Below, piece after piece: positions 8,615-16,873 of a stretch of DNA of 64,000 nt; within the stretch, counting starts at the first letter, position 1; every line of letters begins with the position of its first letter. The stretch lies in IMG/VR virus record IMGVR_UViG_3300044632_001319; one strand, 5' to 3'. The notes below the pieces were generated by a model that was not told the origin of the DNA, did not search any database, and saw only the letters and a list, made by a program, of their open reading frames with translations. The stretch comes from a virus. Made by a program: the position numbers and the translations under genes.

Positions 8615-8899
8615 ATGAGCAACAAGACTCTCAACGGCATGAACAAGTCCGCCTCCAACAACCGCAAGGGTTCGCGTGGTCCGCGTCCGATTCAGACGGT
8701 CGCACAGCTTCGTGAGAACCTGCTCCGTGATGCGCTCGCGCGTGAGATCAAGAAGATCGACCGCAAGATCGCGGTGAATACGCGCAAGCGTTCCGCTGCT
8801 CAGGTTCGCGTCAACGATGCGAATGCTGCGCTCGAGAACCTGAACCGCATTCGTGCGGAGTTCCTTGCGGAGTCGAATCTCGCCCCTAAGAAGGCCTGA
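8615..8899 (+). CDS. Basic coiled-coil protein, paralogue of 10157..10417
   Basis: NKSASN...GPRPIxTVAQLRExLLR...KKIDRK shared between the two. Confidence 0.8.
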   Translation: MSNKTLNGMNKSASNNRKGSRGPRPIQTVAQLRENLLRDALAREIKKIDRKIAVNTRKRSAAQVRVNDANAALENLNRIRAEFLAESNLAPKKA

Positions 8900-8915
8900 T
8901 TCGGTTCGCGTGCGA

Positions 8916-8985
8916 GATTCGATCATCCAAATGGAAGGAGCACCCATATCGGGTAGCAATGCGGGTTCGAATCCCGCTCGAATCT
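8916..8985 (+). ncRNA. tRNA-like element with aberrant anticodon arm
   Basis: Acceptor GATTCGA/TCGAATC, D-like TCC-AAATGGAA-GGA, canonical T arm GCGGG-TTCGAAT-CCCGC, anticodon arm only ACCC-ATATC-GGGT. Confidence 0.65.
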
Positions 8986-9059
8986 TTCGGAGTCTTTCAA
9001 AGGTAAGAGGAGAATCCCCTCCCGCTCCATTTCAGTCAAGTCAAACGAAAGAGATCAAC

Positions 9060-9506
9060 ATGAGCAACAACAACAACACTCTCGTCCGTCCCGATGGTTC
9101 CGTGAACTGTGACAATCCGCGCGTGGTCGCTGCGCTGGTGGATAGCATCGGCATGATCCTCACTCGCACCTTTCAGGATCTCAAGGCGAACCCTGAGCTC
9201 CTCGACGCGATTCCCGATGACTCGAAGGCGGATCTCGACTGCGTTCTCCAGACGCTTCGCATGATTCGCAACAACATCGGAGTCGATACCGATTGGTTCA
9301 ACGAGAACCAGGCCAACATGGTTCCCACGATCATGCGGGAGTCGCGTGAGACTTCGGAGCGTCGTGCTGAAACCATCGTCAAGGCGATGCTGGCTGCGGG
9401 ATTCCCGATGGACATGGTTCCGCCTGAGTTCCGCCCCAAGCCGGATGCTGCCACTACTGCGGATGCGCTGCTCGACTCGCTCCGCGCCGATGGAATCATC
9501 GGCTAA
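9060..9506 (+). CDS. Hypothetical protein
   Basis: Start MSNNNNTLVRP within ORF 8853..9506; strongly biased codon usage. Confidence 0.75.
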   Translation: MSNNNNTLVRPDGSVNCDNPRVVAALVDSIGMILTRTFQDLKANPELLDAIPDDSKADLDCVLQTLRMIRNNIGVDTDWFNENQANMVPTIMRESRETSERRAETIVKAMLAAGFPMDMVPPEFRPKPDAATTADALLDSLRADGIIG

Positions 9507-9526
9507 ACAATCGTTGCTCTCTCTTG

Positions 9527-9560
9527 GCCCCCCGTAAGTAATACGCTTACGGGGGGCTTT
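9527..9560 (+). terminator. Intrinsic terminator
   Basis: GCCCCCCGTAAG-TAATACG-CTTACGGGGGGC then TTT. Confidence 0.8.
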
Positions 9561-9603
9561 ACATTTGATGTTTATGTAAATATCAATTGTCAATATTGAC
9601 ATT

Positions 9604-9646
9604 TACTATCAACAAATGATACTATCAACGCGGGGGGGTTATCGGA
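9604..9646. repeat. Repeat cluster 3, at the convergence point of early transcription
   Basis: TACTATCAAC at 9604 and 9620; GTTATCGGA (reverse of TCCGATAAC) at ~9638. Confidence 0.85.
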
Positions 9647-9657
9647 TCAGAGTGCGA

Positions 9658-9903
9658 CTAGCGAATCGGGTGCGGAGTCTTCAATCGGGTGAGCTCCTCG
9701 AGCCGATTCGCTGCAATGCGCTTGACGCGCTCGAGCTCGATCGCCTTGAGCTGATGGCGCTCGCGTCGATCCATGATCTCTTGCCGCAACCGCTCGAGCT
9801 CGAGCTTCATTGCGGTGATCTCATTCGCGAGATCCTGCGCGATGTCTTCGTTGTTGGATGCCATGAGGAACGCGATGGTATTGTTCGTTGCGGGAGTGTT
9901 CAT
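9658..9903 (-). CDS. Coiled-coil hypothetical protein
   Basis: 81-aa ORF with heptad pattern. Confidence 0.7.
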   Translation of the reverse strand: MNTPATNNTIAFLMASNNEDIAQDLANEITAMKLELERLRQEIMDRRERHQLKAIELERVKRIAANRLEELTRLKTPHPIR

Positions 9904-9972
9904 GTTCAGATGCTCGTTTGGTCGTTGATGTTGAGAAAGTCGATGTCGGTTGCGGGATTCGGTTCGTATCGG

Positions 9973-10155
9973 TCACCCATCGTCATCCTCGTCTTCCGTT
10001 TCGCCCTCTGGCGCTTCGATGTCGTTGAAGTCTCCGAAATCGCCGTCGATGTCGGAGAGATCGAAATCGTCATCGTCGTGAGGATTGTAGCGCGAGTCAC
10101 GATCCCCATTCCCGTAGTACCAGCCGTCGTCGTCGTTGTTGTGTGGGTATGCCAT
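9973..10155 (-). CDS. Small very acidic protein
   Basis: GGAGG SD before MAYPHNNDDDG; Asp/Glu-rich. Confidence 0.65.
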   Translation of the reverse strand: MAYPHNNDDDGWYYGNGDRDSRYNPHDDDDFDLSDIDGDFGDFNDIEAPEGETEDEDDDG

Positions 10156-10156
10156 G

Positions 10157-10417
10157 TTAGTTCGCCTCCGCAGCGTATTCCGCGCGGACCTCGCGCAGAC
10201 CGTCCAGCTGCGTCTGCGTGCTGAGGAGCTTGTCACGCAGCAGCGCCTCGCGGCGGATGAGCTTCGTCATCTTGCGGTCGATCTTCTTCATCTCCTTGAT
10301 CATCATCTCGCGCAGCAGCTTCTCACGCAGCTGGGCGACGGTCACGATCGGACGCGGACCCTTGCGACCCTTGTTGGAGGCGGACTTGTTTGCACCGTTG
10401 TTGCTCTTGTTGCTCAT
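10157..10417 (-). CDS. Basic coiled-coil protein, paralogue of 8615..8899 (leaderless)
   Basis: MSNKSNNGANKSASNK...; preceded on the - strand by TTGACA-17-TAGAAT. Confidence 0.8.
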   Translation of the reverse strand: MSNKSNNGANKSASNKGRKGPRPIVTVAQLREKLLREMMIKEMKKIDRKMTKLIRREALLRDKLLSTQTQLDGLREVRAEYAAEAN

Positions 10418-10490
10418 GTGTGTCATTCTACCTTAGATCGTTGTTGTTGTCAAGCCGGCCGTTTACGATTGTGGACTGATTGTGGATAAG

Positions 10491-10889
10491 TCAGGCCTTG
10501 GGATTCGCGAGGAGCGTATCGTAGATCCCCTGCGCAGTCATGGTATCCCATCCCTTCTCTTCAACGAACTCGATGCAGCGCGTAAGGTACGCGGTGATTT
10601 CGTTCGGCGTAACCTTGCCCATCGACGGATTCCATCCGTTGCCCTTGCCCAGGCGACCGATGCGCTCCTGCTTGCCGAAGAACTTGTCATAGCCGGCAAC
10701 GCGCGTGAGGAACCCGAGCTCGGAAGTCACGACCGTTTCCATGCGGGAAAGGGCCATGTCTCCACTCTGCCAGTCAGCGCGCACTTCCGCGATGAAGTCG
10801 ATGAGCGGGAGCGCGCGGTACAGACGGGCGTGCTTCTGAGCCATGGTTTCGGGGCGGGTCGCGTTGGCGTTGTTGGTCTTGCTGTTCAT
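10491..10889 (-). CDS. Hypothetical protein (leaderless)
   Basis: Preceded on the - strand by TTGCAT-17-TATACT with ATG 6 nt downstream. Confidence 0.75.
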   Translation of the reverse strand: MNSKTNNANATRPETMAQKHARLYRALPLIDFIAEVRADWQSGDMALSRMETVVTSELGFLTRVAGYDKFFGKQERIGRLGKGNGWNPSMGKVTPNEITAYLTRCIEFVEEKGWDTMTAQGIYDTLLANPKA

Positions 10890-11120
10890 GCTATAAGTAT
10901 ATGGTATGACGCGCCAAATGCAAGCCCCTTGACGAGATTTCTTGGTAGATTTGTGCGGCCTATATCGGTCATCACACAGTGAAATCAGGTTAGGAGGATG
11001 TTAGGGGTGTCAGGGGCTAGCAATTTTCCCCACCATACTCAAAAAGTCCCCAAAGTTCATCCCCCCCCCCCATTCTCTATAATAAATCGAATCCCTCGAA
11101 TATCTAAAATTTTCGCGGTA

Positions 11121-11128
11121 TATAAATA
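11121..11128 (+). promoter_or_regulatory. T4-type late promoter
   Basis: TATAAATA 18 nt upstream of ATG 11147. Confidence 0.75.
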
Positions 11129-11146
11129 CTTTCTATAAAGTCGCAT

Positions 11147-12142
11147 ATGAAACCCTTTAAACAATTCATCATCGAATCGGCAAAGAATAAATTTGACTTC
11201 AAGGATAATTCACTCTTTGTTGTTAATTCAAATAAGAAATTACACATTGTGCACACACCAGAAGAAGATAAAGGATTTGATGTCTTCATAGAACATGATG
11301 ATGTATTACCACAGTTCAACTACGCAATGAACGATAATGATACTACTGAAGAAAATAAACATAAACCACGACCTTTATCTTTCGGAAGAATCGATCATAA
11401 GAATAAGATGTTCTATATTATTAGTCAAGCAAAGGGTCAACCAGAAGGTAAAGAACAATATGGTCGTCCAGACTATACTCTTATGCGTAAAAAAGATGTA
11501 GAAAATGATGTCTATAATCGGTTGCATACTGCAAGAGCAGTTCATGAAAAACATCCTGGATATAGAATCGAAGTTTCTGGTCATCCTAATCATATGGTAT
11601 TGTCATTACCCGAGTATGAAAAATTTTTGATGTCGCAGATGGATACCGAATTAAAAGAGTCTGCAATTGAACCAAAAGTAGATCCACCCGATCAATGGCC
11701 TACAGCATTTGATCCGAATTCTGGTCAATGGAGTGATCCTATGCAGTCTCCAAATGATTCATATGATCAAACACAACCATATATACCCCCGAGTATTGTC
11801 GATATATGGTATGCGATTCCTGAGTGGATGAGAGATAATATTCCTCCAAATCATATACCGTGGGTCACCAAAGAATTATGGAAAATACTTGAATTCTATT
11901 ACGGCCCACCACAAAACTGGGATCCCATTCTTGGATGGAACCCATGGCAAAATGTGCCATCGGGAATGAATCCATGGCATACTCCTTTTTGGATGACTCC
12001 TGCCTTTAGGGGAGCAGTGAAGGAATTGTGGGGAAGATATCAACGTTGGAGGCAAGGACCAAAACCACAACCATTCTCTCCTCTTCAATATCCAGAATCA
12101 ATTGATCCAGAGTATCAAGTAACACCAGGTTGGTGGGCATAA
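11147..12142 (+). CDS. Candidate internal head protein with Pro/Trp-rich C-terminal half
   Basis: MKPFKQFIIES resembles T4 IP capsid-targeting sequences; internal LKE junction. Confidence 0.75.
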   Translation: MKPFKQFIIESAKNKFDFKDNSLFVVNSNKKLHIVHTPEEDKGFDVFIEHDDVLPQFNYAMNDNDTTEENKHKPRPLSFGRIDHKNKMFYIISQAKGQPEGKEQYGRPDYTLMRKKDVENDVYNRLHTARAVHEKHPGYRIEVSGHPNHMVLSLPEYEKFLMSQMDTELKESAIEPKVDPPDQWPTAFDPNSGQWSDPMQSPNDSYDQTQPYIPPSIVDIWYAIPEWMRDNIPPNHIPWVTKELWKILEFYYGPPQNWDPILGWNPWQNVPSGMNPWHTPFWMTPAFRGAVKELWGRYQRWRQGPKPQPFSPLQYPESIDPEYQVTPGWWA

Positions 12143-12144
12143 CA

Positions 12145-13449
12145 ATGAATTTCACAAGTCGTCATTTTTTTGGACCACAGGGTGAATTTCATCCAATCCA
12201 TAAGACGGACTTGCATCTAGATTATATCGTGGACAATCCAAATTTGTTTGGATATAAAGATAGAAATCATGCCGAATCATTTAGTGACAGAGAATTATAT
12301 CAAAGAGCAATGGGAAAGGGATTCATTCGAGGTGAATATGATCTCGAATCGGGTGATGAGGGGAATGTACATCATCATACTCTGACACACGAAGCACAAA
12401 AGACCAAACCCTGGAATTTCACACGCGCTCTTAGAACATTACTTAATCACTACAGCAAAAATCCAAATAGCAAGTTTCAAATAACTGTTCTCTCGGATGA
12501 CCTTGATGCCGATGACGAATTGACCAAATATACCAAAGATGTAACTGGTGGTGGTTCTTATTTGACTTCCCTGAGTGACATAGAAAAATTTGCTGGTATT
12601 AAAACAAAAGCAGAGACAAGACCCGTTAAAAAAATTTCGCGGAGAGAGATCGAACAAAAGATGTCTTCTCAAATTGGTAAGGAACCAAGAATGGGTCAGG
12701 GTGACATGACAAAAGCAGAATGGAATTTCTGGAGAAGAAAAGGACTTGGAGACTCATATATGCCAGGAGCATTTGATAAACTACTCGTAGAAAATTATAG
12801 AAAATCATTAAACGAAGCTCGACCACAAGACGGTTTCGGTGACATATGGCAGAATCCACTTGATCCTCGTTATCATCCCAATCGATATAATCCTACATCT
12901 ACTCCAATTGATCGTCTTCGTCCAAAACCAATTGGTCACAATATAGTCGATGTTGGTCCATACAATGATCCTGATCCCGACCTTAGAAGACCAACAGTCT
13001 ATGGTCCAAATGACACATACGATAGATATAGAAATCCAATCAATCCACCAAGAACACCAAGACCCATTATACAAAATCCACCATCTTGGTGGACTGGTGG
13101 TCTTGCTGGATGGTTACAACTTCTTGGTGCTGTTGCTCCATGGATATTTACTCAACAAGCAGGTGGTGGATCACCCAGACCTGGTTTCGTAGGAAATGAC
13201 GATCAGGGTTGGTATCCAATGCCACCCGATGGAACTTGGTGGAGAGGAAGCGATATGGAATGGTACAGAGATGTTCTCGGAATCAAACCAAGTGAATTCC
13301 CAGGTCTTGGATTGCAATTCGATCAGGACGGAAATGAACTAGTTCCTGCTGTAGATGGTCCAGTTGCAAACCAACCAATTCAACTCCCAACAAGAAGACC
13401 AAGATATCCTCTATACACAAATGATACCTATCCATACGTTGATCAATAA
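12145..13449 (+). CDS. Two-unit protein with Pro/Trp-rich C-terminal unit
   Basis: Start MNFTSRH; internal MPGAFDKLLVENYRKSLNE; module shared with 18622..19380. Confidence 0.75.
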   Translation: MNFTSRHFFGPQGEFHPIHKTDLHLDYIVDNPNLFGYKDRNHAESFSDRELYQRAMGKGFIRGEYDLESGDEGNVHHHTLTHEAQKTKPWNFTRALRTLLNHYSKNPNSKFQITVLSDDLDADDELTKYTKDVTGGGSYLTSLSDIEKFAGIKTKAETRPVKKISRREIEQKMSSQIGKEPRMGQGDMTKAEWNFWRRKGLGDSYMPGAFDKLLVENYRKSLNEARPQDGFGDIWQNPLDPRYHPNRYNPTSTPIDRLRPKPIGHNIVDVGPYNDPDPDLRRPTVYGPNDTYDRYRNPINPPRTPRPIIQNPPSWWTGGLAGWLQLLGAVAPWIFTQQAGGGSPRPGFVGNDDQGWYPMPPDGTWWRGSDMEWYRDVLGIKPSEFPGLGLQFDQDGNELVPAVDGPVANQPIQLPTRRPRYPLYTNDTYPYVDQ

Positions 13450-13453
13450 AAAA

Positions 13454-13461
13454 TATAAATA
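13454..13461 (+). promoter_or_regulatory. T4-type late promoter
   Basis: TATAAATA 5 nt before ATG 13467. Confidence 0.7.
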
Positions 13462-13466
13462 TTATC

Positions 13467-14276
13467 ATGATAAATATAAAAGAACATATTAAAAATCGTC
13501 TTCGTACCAAATTGAATGAAATGGTAACAGGAAGCATCGACACTACAACACCAAAAGAAACTATTGGTGCTGAAAAATTTGATGTTCGTAATCAAAGACA
13601 AAATTATCAATCATCATACAATCAACCATATCAGCAACAAACACCAACCTATAGATCATCATATGATGTTCCACCTTATGGAACTCCAGGGGTATTAATA
13701 CCACCATTTGATAATTGGAATGCTTCTCCAATTCAGTTTTATGACGATAATGGCGTTTTGCAAATAATTACTAATCCTTATTTAAGAAATACACCATCTG
13801 CGAGTGAACCAACTGAGGATGATTATGAAAACCTTGATATAAATGACACAGAATCAACCGAAGAAGATGCAGAGGATTTACCAATTCCTTATGAAGATTT
13901 ACCAATCAATCCTAAAGTATTTGAATTCCCACCAGACTATACTGATTCGGAAGGTCGTCAGATAAGAGTAATAACAAATGAAGATGGAACCATTACAGTA
14001 GTAGTAGGGCCCCCACATAACTTTACAGTATATCCAAATTTACCACCAAACTTCAATAGAGAAGGATTACAACAGATTCCCAGTCAGCAATTTAGAATGG
14101 ATCAGAATGGTAATGTTTATCCTGGGTATGGATGGAATACTCCTCTTGATTACCTATATCCTGGTTGGAATCCTTTTACTGGAGAACCACCAACTGGATT
14201 TGATCGTCCTGCCTACTACAACACACCAGCTGGTGACTTTTACTACAGAGATATTCTTCCATTAATACGACAATAA
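13467..14276 (+). CDS. Pro-rich candidate internal head protein
   Basis: Basic leader ending KLNE, then acidic Pro-rich body. Confidence 0.75.
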   Translation: MINIKEHIKNRLRTKLNEMVTGSIDTTTPKETIGAEKFDVRNQRQNYQSSYNQPYQQQTPTYRSSYDVPPYGTPGVLIPPFDNWNASPIQFYDDNGVLQIITNPYLRNTPSASEPTEDDYENLDINDTESTEEDAEDLPIPYEDLPINPKVFEFPPDYTDSEGRQIRVITNEDGTITVVVGPPHNFTVYPNLPPNFNREGLQQIPSQQFRMDQNGNVYPGYGWNTPLDYLYPGWNPFTGEPPTGFDRPAYYNTPAGDFYYRDILPLIRQ

Positions 14277-14284
14277 ATAATATC

Positions 14285-14932
14285 ATGAGCTCATTCAATA
14301 AACTACTACTAGAAAACTATTATAACTCAATTTCTGAGGCGAGTTATAGTCCAACTGCAACTTACGGATCATATACTCCACCCCCACCAAATCCAGGAAA
14401 CATTCCACCTGGATTTGAATGGAACTGGGAAACAGGTGAAATAGATCGAATTATACCACCAGATCTACCAGATGAAATCACAATCGATGATGTGATGGAT
14501 CCAAGACAGGTAGAACCTGGTGACATAACAATGCACGGTAGAGAAACAACGATTCCACCTAGACCAGAAGAAAGACCAGGTAGAATTCTGATACTAGTAG
14601 AACGCAGAGATGCTAACGGTATGCCAATTTATTCTTGGGAGTATATCGACGCACAACAAGACGAATCTATTGTCACCAGAATTTTAAATGGTCTTAGATC
14701 TATATGGCGTTGGTTCCCCTCAGTCGGATGGGTTCTGTTTAGTCCATTCGAAAGACAAGCAGGAGCACCAACTGGACCTTTGGAACTTAATCCAGAAATG
14801 TACCACCCATGGAATTTTGGTTGGTGGTGGGATCCAGTAGCAAAGAAATGGACACAAGGCGATTGGAGAGGATATCCCATGGGTAACTGGCCTAATCTTT
14901 CAAGAACAAGAGATACCATGCCTATGGCATAG
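14285..14932 (+). CDS. Pro/Trp-rich candidate internal head protein
   Basis: MSSFNKLLLENYYNSISE leader; AATAAATA upstream. Confidence 0.75.
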   Translation: MSSFNKLLLENYYNSISEASYSPTATYGSYTPPPPNPGNIPPGFEWNWETGEIDRIIPPDLPDEITIDDVMDPRQVEPGDITMHGRETTIPPRPEERPGRILILVERRDANGMPIYSWEYIDAQQDESIVTRILNGLRSIWRWFPSVGWVLFSPFERQAGAPTGPLELNPEMYHPWNFGWWWDPVAKKWTQGDWRGYPMGNWPNLSRTRDTMPMA

Positions 14933-14940
14933 GATATTAT

Positions 14941-15549
14941 ATGAGAAAATATTTAAAAGAACAACTGTATAAAAAATTAGAACAGAACATTAATAAAAGA
15001 GTTATTAATGAAGCATCTCCACCATATAGACCTCCATCTTTATGGGATTTAAGAAGTCCATGGGATCCACCAGAACCCCCACAGGGTCCAAGACCAACTG
15101 GTCAGGATCTACCACCTCCTAGTGGTCCAATATCAAATCAACCAATTCCATCACTCCCCGATTCTCAGTTTCCACCAAATACACCAATCGAACTAGAACC
15201 AGATCCAGAACGAGAACCAGAAACAACACCAACAGAACCACTCGATGAACCAGCATGGGATCCTCCACCATTTGAGAATTTCCCAGATGGAACTAGAATT
15301 TGGTGGTGGGACCACGAAAATAATCAATGGAGACTTTTAGAAAAACGACCAGGACTTGTTGGTTGGGGATTTGTTCGACATAATGATGGGTGGATGACAT
15401 GGCCAGTAAGACCTGGGCAGTTTTTCTGGGATCCGAGAACTGGTCAACTCAGATTGCAACCACCAGCTGATGGTGATGATCCAAATAGTCGTGATAACCC
15501 ACAGATACCATTTTGGTGGAGATGGAGACACGGAATGCCTGTTTGGTAA
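14941..15549 (+). CDS. Pro/Trp-rich candidate internal head protein
   Basis: MRKYLKE...RVINE leader. Confidence 0.75.
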   Translation: MRKYLKEQLYKKLEQNINKRVINEASPPYRPPSLWDLRSPWDPPEPPQGPRPTGQDLPPPSGPISNQPIPSLPDSQFPPNTPIELEPDPEREPETTPTEPLDEPAWDPPPFENFPDGTRIWWWDHENNQWRLLEKRPGLVGWGFVRHNDGWMTWPVRPGQFFWDPRTGQLRLQPPADGDDPNSRDNPQIPFWWRWRHGMPVW

Positions 15550-15554
15550 AAAAG

Positions 15555-15580
15555 AAAAACCCCCGAAAGGGGGTTTTTTT
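15555..15580. terminator. Bidirectional intrinsic terminator
   Basis: AAAAACCCCC-GAAA-GGGGGTTTTTTT between convergent genes. Confidence 0.9.
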
Positions 15581-16457
15581 ATTCCATAGTTCCGTAATCT
15601 AAATTTGTATATGAATCATCAGGATATCCATAATTCTGATCTTGATTCATTGATTGTTGATTTTGTTCTTGATCATGTGTCATAGGATGATTTGATGGAT
15701 CAAGATAATTCTTAATATGTGGAAGGTCATCAGATGCCAATCCCATATGATTCAATCTATTGTGTACACCTGTGGAAAATTCTTTAAATCTCAGTTGTGT
15801 TGCCATTCTACCCAGATTGACTTTGTGTTGATCTTCTTCTTTCTTCTTCTTTTCTTTCCAAAGAGTGTACCAATCTTTTCCTTCGTCTGGATTTTTAGTT
15901 GTTGTTTTCCAATCCAACATCGATTTGAATGCTTTGTCGAATTCTTTTTGTAGACCTTGATCTTGATTAAGTAAATACATTGCTGGGTGTTTCTTGACTT
16001 GATTGTAAAGATAATGGTCCATGCCTTGTTGTTGTTGACCACCCATTCCACCCATAGGCATTTGTTGTTGCTGACCACCCATTTGTTGTTGCTGCTTTTT
16101 CTGCATCGATTCTGGTGTTTCGATGTCTATACCATATCTTTTTGCAAGAGCAATCAAATAATCCCGAGATTGTTTTTCGATTTCAAATCCACCACCACCG
16201 CTTACTCTTCCATTATTTCTGTCTTGACCAGGATCCAATCCACCAGACACATAAGGACTGTATACTGATCTATACATGTATGGTGTAAATGTAACTGGTT
16301 CCAATGCAGCAACATAACCCTTTGCAGTTGACATGGGAGTTGCAGAAAGATATGCTGCGCTTGTATAATCTAATCCAGGTGGAAGATCATTAACACCAGG
16401 TTCTCCTTTATTTCCTCCACCCGCTGATTCGATAATGTATTCTTTAAATTTTTTCAT
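15579..16457 (-). CDS. Gln-rich candidate internal head protein
   Basis: MKKFKEYIIES leader; TATAAATA upstream on the - strand; polyQ/MGG tract. Confidence 0.75.
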   Translation of the reverse strand: MKKFKEYIIESAGGGNKGEPGVNDLPPGLDYTSAAYLSATPMSTAKGYVAALEPVTFTPYMYRSVYSPYVSGGLDPGQDRNNGRVSGGGGFEIEKQSRDYLIALAKRYGIDIETPESMQKKQQQQMGGQQQQMPMGGMGGQQQQGMDHYLYNQVKKHPAMYLLNQDQGLQKEFDKAFKSMLDWKTTTKNPDEGKDWYTLWKEKKKKEEDQHKVNLGRMATQLRFKEFSTGVHNRLNHMGLASDDLPHIKNYLDPSNHPMTHDQEQNQQSMNQDQNYGYPDDSYTNLDYGTME

Positions 16458-16494
16458 ATGCTTAAATTATTTATATAATACCGAAAACTGGGAC

Positions 16495-16522
16495 TTGACA
16501 TACATAGGGTGTGTGGTATAAT
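16495..16522 (+). promoter_or_regulatory. sigma70 promoter
   Basis: TTGACA-16-TATAAT with TG extension. Confidence 0.8.
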
Positions 16523-16540
16523 AGATGAAACGGAGTCAAA

Positions 16541-16873
16541 ATGTTAAGCGAAGAAAAAATGATTTATTTTCCTGTAAACTTTAGCAATACAGAAATTGTT
16601 CTTTTCGATGATAAAGATTTTGAAGAGGAAGACTTCGAAGATATCGAAGAAGATGACTTTGATGACGAAGATGATCTAAATGAAGACATCGATGACGACG
16701 ATGATCTGGATGATGATCTAGACGATGACGACTGGGACGATGAGGATGATTGGGAAGACGATGAAGACATCGATGACGACGACATCGAAGATGATGACGA
16801 TGGCGTATACGATGACGATGAACAGCAAGATTACGAGATTGAAACCGACGACGAAGACGAGTTGGATGACTGA
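16541..16873 (+). CDS. Extremely acidic protein
   Basis: GGAG SD; C-terminal ~85 aa mostly Asp/Glu. Confidence 0.8.
   Translation: MLSEEKMIYFPVNFSNTEIVLFDDKDFEEEDFEDIEEDDFDDEDDLNEDIDDDDDLDDDLDDDDWDDEDDWEDDEDIDDDDIEDDDDGVYDDDEQQDYEIETDDEDELDD

Noticed and set aside
8853-9059. N-terminal extensions of ORFs through RNA elements or promoters (8853, 1534, 21534, 25449, 24115, 24102)
   Set aside because: They overlap tRNA-like/tmRNA structures or promoters; better starts exist downstream or the ORF is spurious
1727-10930. Integrated mobile element or host contamination explaining the GC-rich island
   Set aside because: No integrase, transposase or att-like duplication seen; genes are phage-type, and its promoter style and motif A recur in the AT-rich part (19930, 21779). 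A chimeric assembly still needs read-level exclusion.
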